64,000 nt of DNA from a virus. The notes beneath the pieces are model-generated. The model was not told the origin of the DNA, made no database searches, and worked only from the letters and a program-made list of their open reading frames with translations. The stretch's first letter is position 1, and each line of letters opens with the position of its first letter. Of this stretch, positions 58,094-64,000 are shown in pieces. A program made the translations under genes and the position numbers. The stretch covers positions 32,001 to 96,000 of IMG/VR virus record IMGVR_UViG_3300021961_000037. One strand, given 5' to 3'.

Positions 58094-58696
58094 ATGGACC
58101 ATACAGAACTAGCGCCTTGCCTTGTCTTGTTCGAGGACGTTTTCAAGCCCGGTAACTTCATTGAGTTGCTTGAGGCTGAATGTCAACAGCAGTGGGGGTA
58201 TCTGTCGTGGTACCTCACAACCGTTGGGCAGGGTCAAACACGGGTTGAGTACAGGTCATCTCTTGCGTGTGAACTTGGGGCATTGGGTCAACCGCTAAAT
58301 GAAATAGCGGAACCGCGAATAATGCCGCTAGCAGAAAAATGGCACGACATTCACAATGACCTGCAAAAGTGTATATGGTCGTATAGAAACATGTACGACA
58401 TTGACGTAAAAGAAGACGAAGGAATGACGGTGCTCAAGTACAGCAAGGGTGCAGAGTACCGAGGACATGTTGACCACGCTCCGTCAAACCAAAGAGTTTT
58501 TAGCATCGTTGCGTTCGCAAATGACAACTTTGACGGAGGTGAATTGACATTCCCGATATTTGATGTGACAGTAAAGCCAAAGGCTGGAAGTGCGGTTTTG
58601 TTTCCTTCAAACTTCCCGTATTTCCACTACGCGCAGGCTGTCGGTTCAACGAACAACACAGACACCAAGTACTCATTTGTAACTTGGTTTAGGTAG
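58094..58696 (+). CDS. 2OG-Fe(II) oxygenase, prolyl-4-hydroxylase-like
   Basis: LKY..G.EY..HVD, FDGGEL.F, FPS...FH, KYSFVTW. Confidence 0.9.
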   Translation: MDHTELAPCLVLFEDVFKPGNFIELLEAECQQQWGYLSWYLTTVGQGQTRVEYRSSLACELGALGQPLNEIAEPRIMPLAEKWHDIHNDLQKCIWSYRNMYDIDVKEDEGMTVLKYSKGAEYRGHVDHAPSNQRVFSIVAFANDNFDGGELTFPIFDVTVKPKAGSAVLFPSNFPYFHYAQAVGSTNNTDTKYSFVTWFR

Positions 58697-58700
58697 ACCG

Positions 58701-60164
58701 ATGCTGCCGAGGGTATGCATTGTAGGTTCTGGAACCTCCGGATTGGTTACCGCCTTGATGTTGAGGGCGTTTTTCCCCAACATCAAGGTGACGGTTATAT
58801 CTTCCAAAGACATCGGGATAATTGGTGTCGGCGAGGGTTCTACTGAGCACTGGCGTCATTTTTTTCAGCAGCCATGCGATATAGACGCTGGAGAGATGGT
58901 TGCCCGGTGCGCCGCCACCCATAAATACGGAATCAAATTTGAGGGCTGGACTACACACACTCCAATCTATTACCACAGCATTAGCGGAGAGGGTCACGGA
59001 CCAAATAACTTTAACGCTGTTTACTCTTTCGCCCACTTCAACGACTGGTTGCTAACGCCATCAATGATTCCACACCTGGATAATGACATGGTTGTAGATG
59101 ACGTCAAGCAACCCCATGGCACCACAAATCAGTTTCACTTTGACACTCATAAACTAAACAACTTTTTGACGTATCTTGCCGAAAAACGTGGCGTAACATT
59201 TGGCGACGGGAAGATTGTAAAAATTGACAGGAATTCAGAAACGGGTTTTATTGAGTCGGTAACAACTGACACAAACATTAAGTGCGAGGCAGATTTCTTC
59301 GTTGATGCAAGCGGATTTGCAAGAGTGCTGATGAGTAAACTTGTTGAAAACGATGAGTTTGTCAGTTACAGAAAATACCTGCCGTGCGACTCAGCAGCCG
59401 TGTTCCAGACGGAATCTGACCCATCTGGGAAAATCCACCCATATACGAGGGCTCGCGCGATGCCGCATGGCTGGATGTGGGAAATACCGACACAGGAGCG
59501 CAGAGGAAACGGCTATGTATTTGCCTCAGATTTCTGCTCCGACGAGCAGGCAGTCAAGGAACTGTCCGAGGCTCATGGTAGGGACATAGAGCCGGCAAGA
59601 ATAATTAGATTCAAGTCTGGCTACTACAAGCACGGTATTGCATTTAACTGTGCGGCTGTCGGTCTTTCTAGTTCATTTGTGGAACCGCTTGAGGCGACCG
59701 CAATAAGCACCAGCATTCAGCAATCACGCATGATTGCGGCAATTTTGCCGACCTTCATGCGTGGCAATAAGGCACAAACAAAGAACTATCAGCAACGCTA
59801 CGAAAGTTTGCTTGAAAATATTGTCACGATGATTTCTCTCCACTACATCTCGGATAGAAATGATTCAGAGATGTGGAAGGCGCAACAACATGCCGAACTT
59901 CCGGAAACACTGAAGGTGCTCCTCGAATTGTGGAAGGAGAGAATGCCCGAAAAATACGATGTTCCGCATTTCGGGTATGAACTGTTTCTTTCAGAGCATC
60001 TTTGGCATGTTGCACAGGGTCAAGGAGTTCTTGATAAGTCTGTTGCCCTGGACCAATTAAACGCCTACTGCTCACATGACCCGTGTGCAAAAATTTTCTC
60101 CTCCAAAAAACTGCAGGCAGCAGCAACAAGGAAAATTGACCATGCGCTTCTCTATAAGGCGTAA
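58701..60164 (+). CDS. Flavin-dependent (tryptophan) halogenase
   Basis: GSGTSG, GVGEGS, ATHKYGI (catalytic Lys), HFD, WMWEIP, FVEPLEAT. Confidence 0.92.
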   Translation: MLPRVCIVGSGTSGLVTALMLRAFFPNIKVTVISSKDIGIIGVGEGSTEHWRHFFQQPCDIDAGEMVARCAATHKYGIKFEGWTTHTPIYYHSISGEGHGPNNFNAVYSFAHFNDWLLTPSMIPHLDNDMVVDDVKQPHGTTNQFHFDTHKLNNFLTYLAEKRGVTFGDGKIVKIDRNSETGFIESVTTDTNIKCEADFFVDASGFARVLMSKLVENDEFVSYRKYLPCDSAAVFQTESDPSGKIHPYTRARAMPHGWMWEIPTQERRGNGYVFASDFCSDEQAVKELSEAHGRDIEPARIIRFKSGYYKHGIAFNCAAVGLSSSFVEPLEATAISTSIQQSRMIAAILPTFMRGNKAQTKNYQQRYESLLENIVTMISLHYISDRNDSEMWKAQQHAELPETLKVLLELWKERMPEKYDVPHFGYELFLSEHLWHVAQGQGVLDKSVALDQLNAYCSHDPCAKIFSSKKLQAAATRKIDHALLYKA

Positions 60165-61002
60165 ATCGCCAACGGTTAAGCCTGGAATCTGGGAAAACCT
60201 TCCAGTCCCAAAACCAAACCAGTTATTTGCCGCCCCTGTTGACAATCGTTTGTGGCATCCGAAATTGGCGATTAGACCATCTCGCTCCAAAACACCTGAA
60301 TGGTTTAAGGATATTCCGCAAGGCGAGGCGAGCCTCAAGCGATGCTACGGGGTTGCAGACTATCTAAGAACTGGATACGTGGTTCCGATGTGGGCGACGT
60401 TGGACGTAAGAATGCCCCTAAATAAATTGGATAAAAGATGGGAAGCACGTTTTGATATACCAGCGTCCCATCTATTTACCGCAGAGATAGCAACCGACCT
60501 TTCCGAGCAAGACAATAACTACTACTTTAGTTATGAATCATTGATGCGAAATCAATTTCCGATTCACCAAACGGGGAGTGAGTGCCCGGTTGCAAAACAA
60601 AAAAACCGCGAGTCTTCATACCTAAAATTACCAAGTCCCTGGGTGGTGAGAACTGCGCCCGGATGGTCCTCCCTCTTCCTGCCAACCCTCTGGGAGCCAA
60701 ATGATGACTATGAGGTTCTTGGAGCCGTGGTGCATACGGATTACTATCCGAACGCCAACTGTGTAATAAACATAAAGACAAACAGACCGCTAAGGATTGA
60801 GGAGGGAACAATCATGCAACACATAATCCCCTTCAAGCGAGACGCATCAATCTTGGAGACAGAGGTAATACGAGGAGACCAAACCGCCCATACACTGTTG
60901 AGGGATACTGGATTCGGTCCAGTTTTCACAACAAAAGAAGACACGCACGGCGGGTACAAAAAAGAACAACGCAGAATGGATGGATTGGTTTCTGATGTAT
61001 AG
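60142..61002 (+). CDS. Hypothetical protein (DUF6065-like)
   Basis: KRC.GV.D...GYVVP, TAPGWSSLF, VVHTD, IEEGT..Q.IPFKR. Confidence 0.65.
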   Translation: MRFSIRRKSPTVKPGIWENLPVPKPNQLFAAPVDNRLWHPKLAIRPSRSKTPEWFKDIPQGEASLKRCYGVADYLRTGYVVPMWATLDVRMPLNKLDKRWEARFDIPASHLFTAEIATDLSEQDNNYYFSYESLMRNQFPIHQTGSECPVAKQKNRESSYLKLPSPWVVRTAPGWSSLFLPTLWEPNDDYEVLGAVVHTDYYPNANCVINIKTNRPLRIEEGTIMQHIIPFKRDASILETEVIRGDQTAHTLLRDTGFGPVFTTKEDTHGGYKKEQRRMDGLVSDV

Positions 61003-61447
61003 AGTCATATTTTGCCCTCAAGAAAAACCAGTTGAAGATGCCTACGACATGGCAAAAGAGTGGGGGTTGTCCATACAGCACGGTGACTCGGCGCGCACCG
61101 AGGACATGGAGTTTGACAGGACGGAAGTGCAAGTTCTCTCCATTCCAATTCAGCGCGGATTTGATGCGGAAAGAATTGAGTGTTTGGTCAATATGCCGGT
61201 GTCGGTAAAGTACTCAAACGATTGGGACGACGTTTCTGATTACACATTTCTACTGCGCCCAACTGGTATGCGTGTCGGCAAAACCAACTGGGGTGTCCCA
61301 TCGATACTTATGGACAAACATAGGGCGGTAATGAACATTGCCGTTAGTTTCCCTGGCTCATACGAACTTGTCTCTGTCAAGGATGGAGTAGATAGAGAAA
61401 TATCCGAGTTTATAGCGATGGAGCGCGAAGGGGAATATCCAGAGTGA
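60995..61447 (+). CDS. Hypothetical protein
   Basis: ORF overlapping both neighbours in the enzyme operon. Confidence 0.65.
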   Translation: MYRVIFCPQEKPVEDAYDMAKEWGLSIQHGDSARTEDMEFDRTEVQVLSIPIQRGFDAERIECLVNMPVSVKYSNDWDDVSDYTFLLRPTGMRVGKTNWGVPSILMDKHRAVMNIAVSFPGSYELVSVKDGVDREISEFIAMEREGEYPE

Positions 61448-62151
61448 TTGAATTTATCGGTCACAAATCAACACACATAGCAGTAGTCCCAGACATAATT
61501 CCTCCTGACTTGTGCAATGGCTTGATTGATGCATGCAAGCGCGACTGGAATTCTTTGTTTTACCAAGGCCCGACACTTTCTGGTGTGGATACATCAATTA
61601 AGTACACGATGGATTTTGACTTCAGCGGGAAACAAGCACAGGAAAAAGGTTGTGATTACGACCTTTACAAAAATTACGAAGACAGAATCACGCAATGCCT
61701 GTGGACCGCAGTATCTCTTTACGTTGAGGCGTATTCAGAAATGCGGGCTGCCCCAGGATTGTGGGATACCGGATATCGTCTTCAGACCTACAAGCAAGGA
61801 ACTGGATATTATCGGTCGCACCACGACGGCGCGCCTTGGGACCCAGAACCGACAAGTCTTCGCGTGTTGGGTGTAGTGATGTATTTGAATACTGTTGAGC
61901 GTGGAGGAGAAACCGGCTTCCCTATCCACGACCTCAAAGTAAAGGCTAATGCTGGCTCAATAGCCCTTTTCCCAGCATCTTGGACACATCCTCATCAGTC
62001 ATGTGTTCCTGTTTCTTGCGACAAATGGATAATTAGCACCTTCATCGTATCTAATCGACGCCAGCCGACAATTAACGAACCAAGCCAACAAGTTCCAGTT
62101 ACGGTCATTGACACCAATCCAGAGAATCAGGGAAATGAGGAGGGAACATGA
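61444..62151 (+). CDS. 2OG-Fe(II) oxygenase, P4H-like
   Basis: HHD, YLN...GGETGF, FPASWTHPH, KWII. Confidence 0.9.
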   Translation: MIEFIGHKSTHIAVVPDIIPPDLCNGLIDACKRDWNSLFYQGPTLSGVDTSIKYTMDFDFSGKQAQEKGCDYDLYKNYEDRITQCLWTAVSLYVEAYSEMRAAPGLWDTGYRLQTYKQGTGYYRSHHDGAPWDPEPTSLRVLGVVMYLNTVERGGETGFPIHDLKVKANAGSIALFPASWTHPHQSCVPVSCDKWIISTFIVSNRRQPTINEPSQQVPVTVIDTNPENQGNEEGT

Positions 62152-62798
62152 AATCCAAGTTCCCCCTAGTCATAAAGCAACTTGTTCCAAGCGCTGAAGT
62201 CCGAAAATTCATATCCGACACACAAGGCAGTCAAAGAACAGTCAAAAGCACTGGGTGGGGTCGTGCCACCAATGACATACCGATAATAAAAGACATGTCA
62301 ACCCAAACTATTGGTGGTTCGTTTTGGGACATTATGTATTCTTGCGCCAAGGAGCACTTTGGTGAAACGGCGCTCCCTTCATACTGGAAGTGGTCTCGCT
62401 ATTCGCCAAAATACGGGGCGCCGAATATTCCACCACACATTGACATAAATGCGTGTACTTACACAATTGATTTGCAGTTGATGGGGGATGTTGAGTGGGA
62501 GATATTTGTTGAAGGGACACCATACACAATGCAAGACGGTGACGCCCTTTTATACCTTGGCTCTGAGCAAATGCATTGGCGACCCAAATACCCGAATCGC
62601 AACTATAAATCATTCTTGGAAATGTGTTTTATTCATTTTGTTGAACCCGGGCACTGGTATCACGAAAATGGTCCAAAGTGGATAGATTCAGATGATGTGA
62701 GATTGCCGTGGAGAGAGAAAATGATGCATTTGCTGCCAAAATATAAGTGCGACACATATCAGCCATTTGAGGACCCAACTGAATTTCCCGGGTACTAG
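62148..62798 (+). CDS. 2OG-Fe(II) oxygenase
   Basis: PPHID..CTY, GDALLYLG...HWR, FIHF. Confidence 0.85.
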   Translation: MKSKFPLVIKQLVPSAEVRKFISDTQGSQRTVKSTGWGRATNDIPIIKDMSTQTIGGSFWDIMYSCAKEHFGETALPSYWKWSRYSPKYGAPNIPPHIDINACTYTIDLQLMGDVEWEIFVEGTPYTMQDGDALLYLGSEQMHWRPKYPNRNYKSFLEMCFIHFVEPGHWYHENGPKWIDSDDVRLPWREKMMHLLPKYKCDTYQPFEDPTEFPGY

Positions 62799-62807
62799 GA
62801 TTACCAG

Positions 62808-63560
62808 ATGGCAAATAACAAAATCACTGTTTACTGGTCCCCATCACACGCACTGGGAAGCCAGTATGAGTACAATCACCTCTACCCGTTCCCTGACTCT
62901 CTATATCAGGAGTTGGCACCGCTCAAGGCTGACCTAAAAGAAAACCGGGATGATTTTCTGAGGTGTCCAGCAGTAGGCAACAAAATGAAGAAAACATTTG
63001 TGTTTAGGTCCTCCACAGATACGCATGTGAAGATTGTTGACGGACAGTACGTATCGTATTGGGTCAACTCGGAAGACGACAAACGGCGTCATCAAACCAC
63101 GGTTGAACTGCTTCATTCCCCAACTCTTTTGAATCATTTTTTGTTGAACTACCTACATCCGGTTATTTTTTTTACGGATGTTGATTCATTGATTATGTCT
63201 CTTACTCCGCCGTATTTTCACAAAACAACCCATTCGCAATACGGTGCAATCGTTCCTGGGGAGTTTGACATTGCTTCATGGTTTCGACCAATAAATTTTG
63301 AATTTCAACTATGGGAGGGAGTTGACGAACTAATCGTTCCTGCTGGCGAGCCGTTGGGGTATGTGGATTTCCATACGAGCAGTCAGGTTGAATTGCGCAG
63401 GTTTAACATGACTCAAAATTTAAAGAAGATATCAAGTTCGCTTGTTCACGTCTCGCCTCACCGAAGGTATGCAAAGTTGTCTGAGAAGTACAAGTTGTTC
63501 CGCAATGCCCGCATATCCCAAGGAATCCTCAGAGAGATACGCGACAACCTTGTTGGCTAG
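62808..63560 (+). CDS. Hypothetical protein (distantly similar to 60142)
   Basis: CPAV, PGEFDIASWFRP.N, GEPL.Y. Confidence 0.65.
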   Translation: MANNKITVYWSPSHALGSQYEYNHLYPFPDSLYQELAPLKADLKENRDDFLRCPAVGNKMKKTFVFRSSTDTHVKIVDGQYVSYWVNSEDDKRRHQTTVELLHSPTLLNHFLLNYLHPVIFFTDVDSLIMSLTPPYFHKTTHSQYGAIVPGEFDIASWFRPINFEFQLWEGVDELIVPAGEPLGYVDFHTSSQVELRRFNMTQNLKKISSSLVHVSPHRRYAKLSEKYKLFRNARISQGILREIRDNLVG

Positions 63561-63581
63561 CGCAACATTGCTGAAATTGCA

Positions 63582-63740
63582 CTACCACTTACCGATGGGG
63601 CATTTTGCATCTGGCAGTCGAGTTTTTATTTTCATAAAACATCCGCATTCCTTGCATTGAACTGTGGGCTTAAAAAGCCTGGGACATTGGTTACAAATCA
63701 TCAGTCTTTTCATGTGGATTGGGGTGTTGTTTTGTTCCAC
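63582..63740 (-). CDS. Small Cys-rich protein (DUF6171-like; not in ORF track)
   Basis: MEQNNTPIHMKRLMICNQCPRLFKPTVQCKECGCFMKIKTRLPDAKCPIGKW. Confidence 0.8.
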   Translation of the reverse strand: MEQNNTPIHMKRLMICNQCPRLFKPTVQCKECGCFMKIKTRLPDAKCPIGKW

Positions 63741-63767
63741 TGGTTTGCCTTCTTGTTGTAAATGTTT

Positions 63768-64000
63768 TTAGCACTCGCCAAACGGGATTTTTGCGCTTTG
63801 CCGTATTCTTGAAATAACAGGTTCTACGGTGTTCCATTTAATGTTAGTCCCCCATGTTGAAGATATTGTGTATCTCGTGCATCCACCTATTTGGGTGACG
63901 CCGTGCAAGTGGTTGTTATCGGGGTCGTGCGCAAAAACCTTGCCTTTTTGGGGAATCATTGATTTTTCAAAAAATGGGTAAAATGTTTCTCCCCCAGAGT
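63768..64000 (-). CDS. C-terminal part of a 2OG-Fe(II) oxygenase (start outside window)
   Basis: SGGETFYP...HLHGVT...RYTISS.W. Confidence 0.8.
   Translation of the reverse strand, partial: SGGETFYPFFEKSMIPQKGKVFAHDPDNNHLHGVTQIGGCTRYTISSTWGTNIKWNTVEPVISRIRQSAKIPFGEC

Noticed and set aside
58094-63560. Host secondary-metabolite gene cluster
   Set aside because: No scaffold synthase, transporter or regulator; the genes are contiguous and co-oriented with phage fibre genes.
1-64000. tRNA/rRNA genes, integrase, major capsid protein, endolysin
   Set aside because: None recognisable by eye. Intergenic gaps are mostly too short for RNA genes, and the capsid gene probably lies outside the window.

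Overview
The whole window is part of a large tailed (myovirus-type) phage genome, tentatively of an actinobacterial host. On the minus strand (1-11.6 kb) lies an HK97-type head module: a portal-MuF fusion, a multidomain prohead protease and several large putative head-cargo proteins. The major capsid gene is not in the window. Divergently on the plus strand come TerL, an XRE-HTH/Sak/RecB-like recombination set, an IbrA/IbrB-like (PAPS-reductase + ParB) pair and an Arg-rich protamine-like protein. These are followed by neck, sheath, tube, a frameshifted chaperone, tape measure and baseplate genes (18-31 kb). A ~26 kb fibre/adhesin region (32-58 kb) is built from five repeated gene cassettes and is interleaved with and followed by six 2OG-Fe(II) oxygenases and a flavin-dependent halogenase. 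Three observations stand out. (1) The fibre region follows a plug-and-socket gene grammar suggesting a branched multi-adhesin apparatus. (2) One tip protein carries a mirror-symmetric His-rich hairpin with a Cys-bounded Trp loop and sits directly upstream of the oxygenase/halogenase cluster, a candidate virion-tailoring system. (3) Three head proteins share an R-C-x17-C tag and show Lys-site/Lys-avoidance patterns consistent with protease-processed cargo. All family calls come from motif recognition by eye; no database searches were run.
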